DNA of 64,000 nt from Octopus sinensis (taxonomy: Eukaryota), in NCBI RefSeq assembly GCF_006345805.1, contig NC_043005.1, forward strand, positions 94,488,001-94,552,000, read 5' to 3'. A program made the position numbers and the translations under genes. Shown in pieces: positions 38,823 through 52,503 of this stretch (position 1 is its first letter; the number at the start of each line of letters is the position of its first letter). Below the pieces are notes generated by a model, which was not told the DNA's origin, searched no databases, and worked only from the letters and a program-made list of their open reading frames with translations.

Positions 38823-40641
38823 TAGATATCATTTTAGTTGCCAGGAAATCGTTTATTAAGTTTGATAATAAGTTGTGGATCCGTAAAGATACTCCCAATG
38901 AATTTGATGTGCCTATGGGTAGTTCGGATAGTGCGCAGATAGCCGATTTGGTCGGAATATATATTCTCTACGAATTGTCCGACCAATTCCCGGAGATCGC
39001 GGGCGGCCTGTATCGTGACGATTGTCTGTTTTACCTGCAAAACACCACGAACAGAATAGTGCAGAAAACTAAGAGCAGGTTAGCTAGGTTTTTTAATAGA
39101 ATGGGCATGAGTATAGTTTTTGATAATGAACTCACCAAGGCTAATTTCCTAGACGTTACACTTAACCTTAATAGCGACTCATACTGCCCTTACCATAAGC
39201 CTTCCACTAATTTGAAGTATGTCAGTGTCTTCTCAAATCATGCCAAAACCGTAACAGACAATTTGGTTAAAAACATCTCTCTAAGATTGTCTGGCTTGTC
39301 CGCCAGTGCCGATATTTTTATGCAGAAAGCGGAATTTTATAACGCCGCACTATCCAAGGCCGGTTATAGGCAGAAGGTAATTTATATTGATCCGGCCCTT
39401 CCGATGCCATCATTCGGTCATCAGGATAGGGCCGTATATAATAACATTAACATTTTAAGTAAGGACGGGAGCGCGGCGGATGCCGGGGTAGTCGCTCCCG
39501 CATTTAATTTAGCGAACAAGGATAATTATCGGTCCGGGAGGTCTTACACTAACCCAAGACCCGTTATTCATCCGAGAATCACCCACCCGAATGCGAGAGC
39601 TGGCGTCCCGACCCATCACACTGATAGGAATAAGCATATATGGTTTGTAATCCCCTTTGGTAAGCAGATTAGAACTAACCTCCCCCTCATGTTTAGACAA
39701 GCCATCGCCAATAACTTCCCAGAAATTCCAAATATTACTCCACGGTTAACTCGCATAAAGTTAGGATAGCTTTCTCCAACACTAAAAACCTCGCCCAGAT
39801 AATCGCCTCCCATAATAATAGGCTACTTACTAAGACCCTATCACCTTTTTCCGGAGGCACAGCCTCTTCCGCTCCCGGTTTAATGCTCAGTAGGAATAAT
39901 TATAGTAGTAATAATGATATGAGAGCCAGTACAGTGACACATAATCTCAGCTCCAGCCAGGGAGTACCCACTAGGGGTATAGTTATAAATAGGGGTGTTG
40001 TGGTTGACGGTAACAATGGGAGTAGGGTAGAGAGCCCCAATAGCATCCCCAGCATCATTTCCCGCAATAGCAGCACCACGGGCAGTAGCAATGACAGCAC
40101 TCTGATAGATAGTGGAGAATCAGGGGTTATTCCTATAGTTAATAGTGACGTAGTGGAAAATAGGGTAGTAAGCGGCTGCAGGTCTCGGAACGAATATAGT
40201 GACAGGAACGCAGTTCTAATTTCAGAAACTAATCCTAGCAGATTAAGATTCACGTCGGCGAACTCCAAGATCAAAAACGCCGTCTACCAATGCAAGGTTT
40301 ACACGGACTCAGATGTCTTCACTTATGTAGGGGCATCATCCTCAAGATTGTCTTTGCGTGTCTCCAACCATTACGCAACTTTTCGGGACGTGAACAAGCG
40401 CCAGACCACGGGACTCAGTAAGCTAATATGGCGACTGAAGGATACGAACTTAAGCTATAGGCTGGAATGGTCAATTTTGTCGGTGGCCCTCCCATTTGAT
40501 AGGGGCAGAAGACAGTGCAACCTTTGTGTCTCCGAACTCTTCCATATTTTGTTTGCCAGAGGCCGGATGGTAAACGGGCTCTTACAGTCGGCTTTTCGAT
40601 GCCCCCATTGGCGGCGTTACACTTATCTGGCTTTTAAATAG
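38820..40641 (+). pseudogene. 5'-truncated PLE RT + GIY-YIG ORF with a single apparent frameshift (~39720)
   Basis: EFDVPMGSSDSAQIADLVG, GLYRDD, NFLDVTLNL, YCPYHKP, HIWFVIPFG, then AVYQCKV...YVGASSSRLSLRVSNH...WSILSVALPF...CNLCVSE. Begins at (TA)n(GA)n. Confidence 0.9.
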
Positions 40642-41593
40642 CGTTTATAAATAATACCGGCACCCATAGCCCTTGGTAACAAATTCTGAAATAGCCTTTA
40701 AGATATCTACGATTAACCACTGCAAGGGGAATTACTCCTGTAAGACAAACGGGGCTTGGTTTTTTCACAGCGGGGGGTTTCCTTGACAAGGCAGGCTTAG
40801 ATGAACACACAAACACATAAAACATAATATATATATATTTTTTTTCTTTCTGCCACCCAACGGGTATCACGGCAGTAGCCACTGACAGCCGAACGATCAA
40901 ACGCACACACGTACACAAAAAATGTTTTCTACCCCTACGCCAACACACACATATATAGAACAGTATACACACACACACGTCTCTAAGTAGATTTTTTCTC
41001 GCCCCTTATAAAACATCCAATATTCCTTAAATAGTCAGAACTTTATGCTCGGTCACAAAGAACATCTATACACCCTCACCCACATGATTGACCGATGCCT
41101 GACCCGTTGAATTCTTCAGCCACCGGTTCTCAACATACACTGATAAACAGTTTCGCCATGGGCTCTTAGGAGCATAGTTCGATTTGCTTTTGCTCCGCCT
41201 CTGTTCTGTTTTTGTTTTTCCAGCGGATTTCCTTTTTTCTTCCTGAAGAGAAAGACACAATATGGTCCCATTATTCAATCGGATTTTGGTAATTTGTGCC
41301 TTTCGAAACACGTGTAGAATGAAATAAAACGATTTCTGTTCAATCTGCGTTCAGCTCCATTTCTTCAATTCACCAATAATGTTTTAATTTCAATTATCCG
41401 CACCAACGCACGGTTGCAACGCCAGATGGTTGTACCTCCAACCGTGCTGTTTACTGCTGTGATTTTTGCTACTAAGGTATCGGTTAAACTTTTGATTAAT
41501 CTACTACAAGATTATTCATCTTTCTATTTCACATAGATTATATATATATATATATATATACTTTATTTAAAGTAGCAGAAAATTCAACAAAAC

Positions 41594-41631
41594 CTGTTAC
41601 TCTGAGTTTCACGTTGCCGTTCATCGGACAG
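41594..41631 (-). ncRNA. Minimal type I hammerhead ribozyme (CCGAUGA core), left arm
   Basis: Exact reverse complement of 41764-41801. Confidence 0.75.
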
Positions 41632-41763
41632 TTTTTGCTAGAATAGAACCGATATGTCAATTCTATCCAGACTAGTATAAACGCTACACCTTTAAAAATG
41701 TAAAGGTGTAGGGTTTATACTAGTCTGGATAGAATTGACATATCGGTTCTATTCTAGCAAAAA

Positions 41764-41801
41764 CTGTCCGATGAACGGCAACGTGAAACTCAGAGTAACA
41801 G
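41764..41801 (+). ncRNA. Minimal type I hammerhead ribozyme (CCGAUGA core), right arm
   Basis: CTGT-CCGATGA-ACG(GCAA)CGT-GAAA-CTCAGAG-TA-ACAG. Helix I is CUGU/ACAG, helix II has a GNRA loop, helix III is the palindrome ACTC(A)GAGT, and predicted cleavage is after GUA at 41797. Confidence 0.75.
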
Positions 41802-41936
41802 GCTTGGTTGAATTTTCTGCTGGTTTAAATAAAGCATATTACTCTACCACTGGTATTTGAGTACTCTCTTTTCCACCTTGTTTCACATTTATGAGTTTAC
41901 TCCGGTATATATATATATATATATATAATATATATA

Positions 41937-41974
<38 letters not shown>

Positions 41975-42584
41975 ATATAATATAATATAATATAAATAAT
42001 ATATATATATATAATATAATATAATATATATATATATACACACATATATACATAAGTATTTATATAGGTATGCATGTATAGGTAAGGACGTCACAAAACA
42101 TAAACATGAAATACGAAAATAACGTTGGGTACGAAAAGAACGAAAGAAACAAATGGAAAACAAGACAAGTAAGAAACGACCCTTCATCAGTTGTCGGCTG
42201 TCCTTCTACTCCTTATTTCGAGCAATGAACGACAAGATAAGTTTTTGAAGGCAGTTGCTCTCGCGAACCAAAATAAAATTTGGGATTTGTGGAGGGTCAA
42301 AGTTGGTAGAAAAAATAGGACATACAGGATCTACTTTCGATCTATTTTGTCCCGGTTCATCATTTATTTAGCATTAGGTTAGAGTTTGAAATGTTTGTCA
42401 AAAGCCGAGCATTTGATCACAAAGTTTAGTATTTCACCAGAATCGATAAAATAATGCCAATAATTGCTTACCAATTCCATTGAGTCATTGAATCTACTGC
42501 ATATATGTATGTTTGTGCGTGTTTGTGTGTGCATGTGTGTGCGTGTGTGTGCGTGTGCGTATGTGCATATGTGTGTATATATAC

Positions 42585-44485
42585 ATAGGTATGCCAAAGA
42601 AACAGCTACGGCGCACTGTAGGATAGGGCCACTCCTTGAAAAGGATGGCACACTCACAGAAAATCCAATGAGGGTAAGTGAAATACTAAATAAACAATTC
42701 AAGAGTATTTTCACTCCACCCCTAGGGCATTTTCAAGTCAGCAATCCAACTGACTTCTTTACCACTGCAGATATAAAATCAGAGGCAGCGATGATTGATT
42801 ACATCAATATAAAGGAAGACGATGTAATAAAGGTTATTGATGAAATGAAAACAAACTCAGCTACTGGCCCCGATGGATTCCCAGCAATCCTTCTAAAAGT
42901 ATGTAAGAGAGTCCTAGCAAGACCACTGCAGTTCCTCTTTCAGAGCTTCCTTGCAACTGGTAAACTCCCAAGAAAACTGAAGGAAGGTAAAATATGCCCT
43001 ATTCATAAAGGAGGTAGAAGAGCAGAGGCCAAGAACTACAGACCTATCTCTCTGACCTCACACATCAGCAAGGTCATGGAACGAATAGTCAGAAGGAAAC
43101 TAATCACCTTCCTTGAAGAAAATGACTTGCTGCCTGACACCCAACATGGTTTCCGACCAGGAAGAAGCTGTTTAACTCAGCTCCTACAACACTATGACTG
43201 GGTGCTGAAACGACTGCTCAACCACTCAAATGTGGATGTCATATATCTCGACTTTGCAAAGGCCTTTGATAAAGTCGACCATGGAGTGATATGTCACAAA
43301 CTGCGTGATCTTGGCATAGTTGGAAAATTGGGAGAATGGCTTCATGACTTTCTGAAGGATAGAAGTCAGGTGGTAGTAGCCATTAACACGCAAATAGTGA
43401 GCGGTGTTCCGCAAGGCACTGTTTTGGGACCACTACTGTTCAAAATGGGTCTCTCAGACATACCCTCAGCCACGCAGAGAGCCATGATCACAAGTTATGC
43501 AGATGATACAAAAGTTTCACAGGCAGAACCCTGAAGACATTAAGAACCTTCAATGTGAGCTGGACAAAATATACAAGTGGGCTGAAAAGAATAGCATGCA
43601 GTTCAATGCTGAAAAGTTTCAAGCTTTATGCTATCAGCATGCAAAACTAAATGCAATACCCAATAAATACACTGGACCTGGAGGGATTGCAATCCCAGAG
43701 GCACAATCAGTGCGAGACCTTGGTATTTACATGAGTGATAATGCAACCTTTCATGTGCATGTTGCTAAATTGGCAATGAAATGTAGGCAGCTGACCGGAT
43801 GGATTCTTAGAACCTTTAGAACAAGAGACCAGGAAACCATGATGGTCCTCTGGAGGACACTTGTCCTAAGCCACTTTGACTATTGCTCTCAGCTATGGTC
43901 ACCATCCAGTGTCAAGTTAATCACAGAACTTGAGGCGATCCAACGAAGCTACATGAAGAAGATAGCCTCTGTGCAGCATATAAGCTATTGGGAAAGACTC
44001 AAGAGACTGAAACTCTATTCCTTAGAGCGTAGGCGAGAAAGATATGCCATAATATATATCTGGAAGATCCTAGAAGGACTTGTCCCAAACTTTGACATCG
44101 AGAGTTACACAAATGCCAGATCTGGGCCCCACTGCACAGTGCCAAGGACTCCAAATTTGCCATCAAGATGTAGGACAAGATACTGTGATAGCCTGGGCTT
44201 CCGAGGGCCACAGCTCTTCAATATCCTCCCGAAGAACCTAAGAGACCTGCATGGGGTGGATGCAGATGTCTTTAAAATAAAACTGGATCTCTTGTTGCCA
44301 GGTGTCTCAGATGAACCAACTTCACGGCAGGAGGTGCAGATGAGGGCAGCTGCATCGAACTCTCTCATGTACCAAATGACAATTGCTAAAAAGCATTCGT
44401 GAAGTAAAATCATGTAGCAACACCAAATGGCGGTGCCCCAGCATGGCCACAGCTTGTGAGCTGAAACTAGATAAAAATAAAAAAT
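42585..44485 (+). mobile_element. 5'-truncated CR1-like LINE (full RT domain, frameshift near 43520)
   Basis: NSATGPDGFP, NYRPISLTSHISKVMERIV, QHGFRPGRSC, YLDFAKAFDKVDH, SGVPQGTVLGP, YADD, SVRDLGI and YSLERRRER. 3' tail ggcggtgccccagcatggccacagcttgtgagctgaaactagataaaaataaaaaa. Confidence 0.93.
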
Positions 44486-44654
44486 CAAAAAAAAAAATCA
44501 TATATCATATGTATATATGTATAAGTTAATCATACCAAGGATCTATATTCATTTAAGGGATGTTTGCATAGTATATTATATTGATTTGAATATCTTTTGA
44601 ATAACTGACGTCTATATGTCAATTTCTCCATTTTCTTCTTTGATTCATATATAT

Positions 44655-44703
<49 letters not shown>

Positions 44704-44850
44704 ACCATTATTTTGTGTACACCTGCAAGTAAATGTGCTTCACTGATGAGAACTAAATGACCGTTTCTCAACCTCACTTTGTGTCACGCTCAACTTCTAT
44801 ACCCCACACTCCTAGAAAATCGTGCGCTCCACTATGAATGGACAAAGTAT

Positions 44851-44924
<74 letters not shown>

Positions 44925-46193
44925 CACACTCACACACTCACACACACAAACACACACACAAAAAAATACATACATACATAACACACACGCGCCTAGCTGT
45001 GTAGTAGGAAGTTTGCTTCCCAGTCACACGGTTCCGGGTTCTGTGCCACTGCGTGGTACCTTTGCCAAGTGTTTTGTATTATGGAGTTTGGCCGTCCAAA
45101 GCTCGAGTAGTGGGTTTGGTAGACGGAAACTGAAGGGAGCTTTGTGTCAAAATTTTAAAGCAATATTAAGAAGTTCAAGCCTGGCGTCACTCGAGAGCGT
45201 GTATGGCTGGACAGCAAGTACTTTGCTTCTCGTTAACTGCCTTAGATGCATATATAGTTTCAAGCAGACGAACGTCTCTCTTTTCTTAGCCATGAACCAG
45301 TTGCGGCAGCACCCACCTGGTATTCGTTATAGCTTAGAGCAACAGGAAATGAAATGGCATGTTGAAAGACACAGTACACCGACAGGTTCAAGAATTTATG
45401 ACTTTATGATAACATGTCAAACAACCTAATCATTAGGTCACGTGCCTTCACCTATTCGACACACGATGTAAATCGAAATTTGATTCTCAACGTAAAATAT
45501 ACTGGAGATGTTTCTCATCAGTGGCGGCAAGTGCAAGAAAGTAATCGTCGTCTGCTGCAAATTTCGACCTACATCACTAAGAAGATTGGTCTGATCCCAA
45601 GGAAGGTGCCAAAGAGAATAAAAAAAAAAGAAGGAAAATGTAGATGGCTATGCTGTGAGAACGAGGAAAAAACACAATTCTTACAATGTTATCGTATTTT
45701 AAACCATTGTAAATGAAATCTATTCCCCCTCATACACAGATATAACCATGATTTATACAGCACCACAATTACACATGGAATATGACATTTTCTTTCTTCA
45801 AATTTAATTCGCCTTTGAATGTAATAGACTATTAATATATTCAATTGAATAGACTATTTCCTTTGAATTTAACTGGCTATTATTTGAATTTAATAGACAG
45901 TTACTTTAATATACATGACACAGACCTGAACTGAAGAAGCTTGAAAAGTCGAAATGTGTATAGAGAGTGTCAGATAAAGTGTTGAAAAGAACAGTTAGTT
46001 ATCTACTGATTTCATAGGACGAAAAAAATTTTTTTCGGTATTTTTTTAAATGATGATGTGTATTTTCATATTCAACGTCTTTTTTTTTTATTTTAGAAAG
46101 GTTGTGTACACATACATAGAATTTGGTAAGGGTGATAAATCGTTTCCCCATCTCTATCTTTCACGCCTTCAGTCTGTTCTTCTCATATTCAGA

Positions 46194-46237
<44 letters not shown>

Positions 46238-46421
46238 GTATATATCTTATATATGTATTTAGATATGTATGTATGTCTGTATGTATGTATATATGTATGT
46301 ATAAGATAACTTACATTTAGATAACTTAGATATGTTTCGACCAAAGATTGGTCCAGGCCATGTCTAACTTAATAGCACCACCTGATAGCATTATTCGAAT
46401 CCTGTTTAAGTCAAGTTTTGT

Positions 46422-47330
46422 TCAAGTAGTGAGTTCTTGTTGGGTGAGTTGTATCAAGTTTTGTTCAAGTACTGAGTTCTTGTTGGGTGAGTTGTATCCA
46501 ATTATGGGTGGCTTGTGTGGTATTCTTTGAAGGAATCTATCGAGACTCCGTTTAAAGTTGATGGGATCCTTTTCCTCTTTGATCTCCCTCGGGACAATGT
46601 TAAATAGGGCAGGGCCTGTTGAGGAAAAGAAATTATGTTGCAGTGTACATGTATGTTGTGATCTTGAATTGGGCAGGGGACGTATGGCCCGTGGTCCCAG
46701 TCTTGAATGAACCTTGAAGCTAATGTTAAGGTCGTTTGGGCAAAGTTGGCGGTATATTCTCCACATCGTACAAATGATGTACCGCTCACAGCGACGCTGG
46801 AGAGAGTAAAGTTTCAAGGCTTTAAGGCGATCCCAATAATCGAGAGCAGCCATGCCTTCAATTTGTTTAGTGAGTGCCCTCTGGGGTGACTCAATCCTGG
46901 AGATGTTTTGTCTTGTATGGGGAGACCACAGTGGGAAGCAGTGTTCAAGGTGTGGCCGTACAAAGGAGGAGAAAAGTGGTATGATGACACCTTGTTCTCT
47001 GGACCGGAAAGTTCTTAAGATCCAGGAACTCATCCTACGCGCTATATCGACCTTCTTGTTGATGTGTGCACTCCAACTGAGATCGTCATCAACAATTACA
47101 CCCAGGTCTCTGATATTGTTGGAGGCTGTGAGCGGTTCCCCTGAAGGAAGAGAGTATGGTTGTTTTAGTGAGGAATTTCTTCCAAAATGCATCAGCTCAA
47201 ATTTTCCCTCATTCAGTTGCATTTTGTTTCTGTCTGCCCATTGACTCACAGCATATAGATCAGACTGGAGTTGAGTTCGGTCTGCTTCTTCATTGACGAT
47301 TTGCTGGAGCTTAGTGTCATCAGCAAATAT
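46422..47330 (-). mobile_element. 5'-truncated CR1-like LINE, a different subfamily
   Basis: FADDTKLQ...QWADRNKMQLNEGKF, IRDLGVIV, ILRTFRSRE and LYSLQRRCER. A ~42-bp direct duplication lies at ~46415-46500. Confidence 0.88.
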
Positions 47331-47377
47331 TTATATATATATACATACATACATATATATATATATACATATATATA

Positions 47378-47752
47378 CGAAAGGGTACCCAAAAGAAACC
47401 GGAATTTTGCAATGTTATTTTATTCACTTAGTTTTACATGTTTACAGTTTTATGGCCTTCAAAGTATTCTTCATTTGAAGCACAGCATCGTTCCAAACGT
47501 ATTTTCCACTGTTTGAAGCATGTTGGAACTCTTGCGGAGTGATACCTTTTAACACCTCCGTCGTTTTTTTCTTCACTTCTTTCACATCTGCAAATTCCAT
47601 AGCACCAGCTTTTGTCACCAGTGATGACCTTCGAAACAAGTCCGGATCAACTTCCAACTGTTCTGTTAGTTTACAATACGCATACAGTTGTGACTGCTTT
47701 TGATCTTCCGTAAGCAAGCGAGGCACAAATTTTGCTGCAACACTTTTCATTC
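47378..47752 (-). mobile_element. Internally deleted mariner remnant with one TIR
   Basis: MKSVAAKFVPRLLTEDQK (WVPR-type motif) fused to a C-terminal FADVKEVKKKTTEVLKGIT. TIR TA|cgaaagggtacccaaaagaaaccggaat. Confidence 0.75.
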
Positions 47753-48259
47753 GCAGTTATTAACCACAAGTTATTTATCGATAATTTCTTAGTCGATTGG
47801 CGTAATTAAATTAAATGAGGATCATTTCAAAACCGTAAAAATAAATAAATTAAACTGGGTGGCACAATATTTCTATTTTGCGCACGTGATAATTGTATGA
47901 TAAAAGACTTATCATACAATTCTACTAAACCTAAACATAAAAATTGGTGCAATTTACTGCCCGACGCAGCTACATAACATAAACCAAGATTATTACCGAA
48001 AATATCAATAATTCTATATGTGCTTACTTCGTATTAAAAGTGAGAACATGCTTTATGTTTAGTCTTGAAATTTAAAATATTTCCCAAATCTTATACACTT
48101 TCACGTGTGGCCCAGCACGAAACATTGCACCTTTTGGTCATTGATTCTACTTTTCAATGTGCATGTATATATCTATGGGAATGTATATACGTATGTACGT
48201 TTGGGTATGTAGATATATATATATATATTTATGGTGCGTACTGTCGTCTGAAATACGCA

Positions 48260-48952
48260 AAAATGAAAATAACACTGACATCTCCTGCAACTCTTCTGGA
48301 CGGCCTCCTTGTTTAAGTTGGTGAATGCTGCCATAATCCTTGCCTTCAGTTAATCTTTGGTATTACAAGGAGTTTTATTGGTCTCTCGCTCAACTGCGCC
48401 CCACACATAATCAAGGGGGTGGCAGTCTGGGAACTTAGGTAGCCAGATGTTAGGGGTGATGTGGTCGCAGAAATTGTCTGGAAGCCATGACTGAGTTCTC
48501 CTGCTTGTGAGGCATGGTGCAGAATCCAGTTGTCAGACATAGGGTCTTCCAGCAGCCACCTTCTTGACCGATGGCGGCACTCCCTTCTCCAGGCACTTGA
48601 TATACGCCTCCGTTTTGAGTCTGAGGCCATGTGGGGAGATTAATGCATAACGCCGCCATCATTAGTGATCACTCCAAACACCATGATGTTGACTGGATGT
48701 TTGATTCTTATCACTCTCGGTACATATTGGAGCTTCTGACGTTTCCTATTGGAGCCTCCGGCGCGAATGCCAAGCTGTACAGCGTGTCGTTTCCAAATTT
48801 CTACCAGAGTGGATTGCGCCATGGTGCTGTTTTTTCTCACAGACGGTGCCCAACTGACCCTACTATACTGTGCAGTCGACAAAATCAAAAACATACAATG
48901 CGCATGCGCGAAATTAAAAATATGAAACGGCAACATTACCTGTCGCGCCCTG
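48260..48952 (-). mobile_element. Tc1/mariner (maT/DD37D-like) transposase remnant
   Basis: KHPVNIMVFGVITNDG, GLRLKTEAYIKCLE, DSAPC and PDCHPLDY-VWGAVERETNK. Terminus ctgtcgcgccctg|TA. Subfamily assignment is inference. Confidence 0.8.
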
Positions 48953-49019
48953 TATATGTGGTGTGTGTGTGTGTCTATGTAGAACAAAAAAGGAACTACC
49001 TATGTAATATATATGTATA

Positions 49020-49240
49020 GGCGCAATGGCCTAGTGGTTAGGGCAGCGGACTTGCGGTCGGAGGATCGCGGTTTCGATTCCCAGACCGGGCGTTGTGTGT
49101 GTTTATTGAGCGAAAAAACACCTAAAAGCTCCACGAGGCTCCGGCAGGAGGTGGTGATCCCTGCTGTACTCTTTCACCACTCTAAAGGCGGTGCTCCAGC
49201 ATGGCCGCAGTCAAATGACTGAAACAAGTACAAAAAAAAA
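49020..49240 (+). mobile_element. tRNA-derived SINE with CR1-type tail
   Basis: A-box tggcctagtgg, B-box-like ggtttcgattccc, tail ggcggtgctccagcatggccgcagtcaaatgactgaaacaagt followed by an A-rich run. Confidence 0.85.
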
Positions 49241-49243
49241 ATA

Positions 49244-49316
<73 letters not shown>

Positions 49317-49689
49317 TATATATACATATGCGTGAGTGAGTACTTATGTATGAGCGATGTTTACAGATATGTGCGTGCGTTCGTGTGTGTGTGTGTGTGT
49401 GAGAGTATGTGTGTGTGTGTGTGTGTGCGTGTATGTGTGTGTATGTTGTATCTTTTAGTCAAAATGTAAAGGCAATGTCCGTGACCCTTTACATGGCCTC
49501 TAAGATTAGTGGGTAGAAGGAAGGTATCCTAAGACACCGAAGGCCCTGACCTGAATGCTTGCAAGGGAGTGAACTAACCCAAAGGCACCGTAGGTGCTTG
49601 GCGTTCATGTTAATCCAAACGATCTTTATACACACCCGCGCACCCAACACGCACATGCACACTCACATACTCTTGTGTAGATGTGTGTG

Positions 49690-49742
<53 letters not shown>

Positions 49743-52472
49743 ATGTATATCTATCAATTTCGCTCTCTCTCTCTATTTCTCTCCCCCCTCTCTCTCTCTA
49801 TATATATATATATACATACATATAGTTATGTAGCTAAGTATATGAAGAATGTAAATATGTTTACTGATCGCATGTGTTGCGTTTAATATTTCGAACATCT
49901 GTCGAAGCCAGGTCGTGCGGTGCGATTTGACCTCGCTGTGTCAAAAGGAAGTAAACTGATCACGTGCACCAACTTCATATTTCTAAAGACAGACTCAGCT
50001 GTGAATCTAGTTTTTTTTTGTTTTTTTAGTCAATGTTGTTATTCTTTCTTTCTCCCTTCTTTTTTATTGTTGTTCTTTAATCCCTGTTATCAGCCCACGA
50101 AATCTCCTTTGGGGACAGACATTAAAAATACGGCAAGATTATCTTGTTTGCTGTAAGTTTTAAGGAACAAACTGTTGCTTTGATAATTAAAGCTTTCTCA
50201 ATGACCAGAATAACTTCCTCATCCAACCTTAAAATATAATATTACATTCTTAAGGTCAAATTTATCTTATTATTATCATAGTTTTTTAAAAATATTCTCT
50301 GTATATTTAGTGAATCTATCGTTTTCAGAGCAGTAGAGTTTGAGATAAAAAGCTTTGACGAACTGGAAGCACGTCAGAACGTCAGACAAAATATCTTGCT
50401 GCATTTATCCCAGATCTTTAAGCTCTGAGCTCAAATCCTTCCTAGGTTAACATTGCCTTTCATCCTTCTGGATCAATAAAATACAATACCAGTGAAGTTA
50501 CGTTGTGGAGACAAATACATCGACTGACCAATTCCTCTAAAAATTGATGGCCTTGTACCAAAGTTAGAAGCAATCATTAGAGCACTGAAAAATGCCTTAT
50601 TTGTTGCGACCATTTACATTCTAAGCTCAAAATCTGTCTAGTTCAACCTTGTGTTTCATCCTTTCGTTGTCAATCAAGACTAGGGTCGATATAATCTCAT
50701 TTTCCTCTCTCATAAAATTACTGGCGTTGTGGCAAAAATTAAAAAAGAATTACTATCATCAGTATTATTGTTGTTGTTAAGGCAGCGAGCTGACAGAATC
50801 GTTAGTCCAAATGCTGCCAAGGTTGACTCAGCCTTTCATCCTTTCAGGGTTGATGTAAACTCAAAGTAATTATGGTTAGTTCATATTATGATAGGTAGAA
50901 AAAAAAGTTTGTAGATCGATTTACATTTGATCCAGTCCCGCTGCCGAGACAGACAGCCAGACAAACAGATAGACCAAATTACAGTATGAAATCATGATTC
51001 TGAAAGAGTAACTGACTCTTTTTACTATTTTGAAATGTATTCATAAAACTTCGATTTTTCGGTATATCAGCATAGGATAATGCAAGCGATTTCAAAGAAC
51101 ATAACTCAGTGGTGAATTCAGGCATCAGAACAATCACATAACATTTCCTTCAAAGAGTTTCTAATGCACAGGGACCAATTAAACCTTTTTTAATGCTTCT
51201 TAAAAATCTCAACTTAATGGAAGTCCGAAACAGGTTACTTCGAAGAAAAAGAGGTTAACATTGTCGAGATTAAGATCCGAATTCTCAAAAATGTTCCTTA
51301 TTAAATTCTTCAAATTCACACGGAGAATATAAAACTAGAGAATGCGATATTATAGTTGTAAAAATATTATGACATGCTATTATTATTTACTCTCGGGTCA
51401 ACCCTGATAGAACAGGTCTATGGCCAAAGGCTTTCCTGCCATAACTATTCCATGGTATTCTATATCAGAGGACTATATTGTCCAACAGATTAGGATTTAC
51501 GGCCGATTTAGATGTTATTTCTAGCAAGATAAGTGACTACACACACGATTAGCTGGACAAATCTTTGCAGCCTTTGTTTGGGTCTTTAACGTTCTGAATC
51601 CAAATTCCGCTGGGGTCACCTTTGGCTTTCGTCCCTCCGGAGTCGATAAAATAAAAGTACTGATCAATTACTGGTGGTGATGATATCGACTAGTTCTTAC
51701 CCTTCATCATTGCTGGCATTGTGCCAACATTAGAAACAACTGTGATTGATGTGAGTATTAATCACATACATCACGGAGTATGTTTCACTTTAAAAACACA
51801 GTCTATTAGTAAAATTAACCAGGGTTAATTTTATTGCAACTGTGTTAATAAATCTCTTATTATAAAAGGCAGATTTTATCTGCCTCCCTTTGGGAGTTAT
51901 AGAAATCTACAATATAGGATTTCTTCAATTACAATTTACCTAGCATTTTAAAGAATAGAATGCATCGGGTCATGCCAGGTCCAGTTTTTAAAATTTAAAC
52001 TCCAATTAAGCAAAATTTACAGAAAACTCACATTCTGGTGTGTATGTCAAATGCTTTTCTTAGTCTGGTTTACAGCACACGCAAACGCACACACACAGTG
52101 TGCAACGAATAAAGTGAAACTAGATGTAATATTTAAAAAGAAAGCAGCAAACAGAAACAAATAAATACATAATGATTTAATCCTCACACAATTTCTTCAA
52201 TTAGACTTTACCTATGATTTTTCAAAGAACTTTCATTGGTTCATGCCATACAAAATTTCTTTCAATTTCACCCCCAATTAAGACAAAATTCGAGAAAACT
52301 CAATATTTTAACATTTCACTTTGAAGCCTTTACTCTGCCTATTACTCCAACTTCCTCTTTAGACACATAGACACGCTAATATATACGACAGTGTCAATTG
52401 TTGACAGACATTGTAAGCTAACGTGTGTGTGTGTCTGTGTGTGTGTGTGCGTGTGTCTGTGCGTGTGTGTCT

Positions 52473-52503
<31 letters not shown>

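Larger units (their letters stand above)
41561..41908. mobile_element. Fold-back (palindromic) PLE pseudo-LTR-like element between (TA)n tracts
   Basis: Arms 41561-41694 and 41701-41834 with a 6-nt loop and about 5 mismatches. A unique 74-nt tail runs to 41908. Confidence 0.85.

Noticed and set aside
41066-41400. Merlin/IS1595-like transposase remnant on the - strand
   Set aside because: Only scattered tripeptides (IIEI, VENR, VNH) match, with no catalytic motif in register and no TIRs.
42184-42225. Permuted (type II) hammerhead on the - strand (GAAA...CTGATGA)
   Set aside because: Helix I does not pair and helix III is negligible.
44743-44775. CTGATGA followed by a hairpin
   Set aside because: There is no GAAA after the hairpin.
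45931-45962. CTGAAGA...GAAA hammerhead-like core
   Set aside because: Helix II is out of register and helix I does not form. At most it is an unrecognisably decayed copy.
49020-49095. Functional tRNA gene
   Set aside because: It is a SINE head: no clean acceptor stem and it continues into a LINE-derived tail. The same holds for the other tRNA-like heads.
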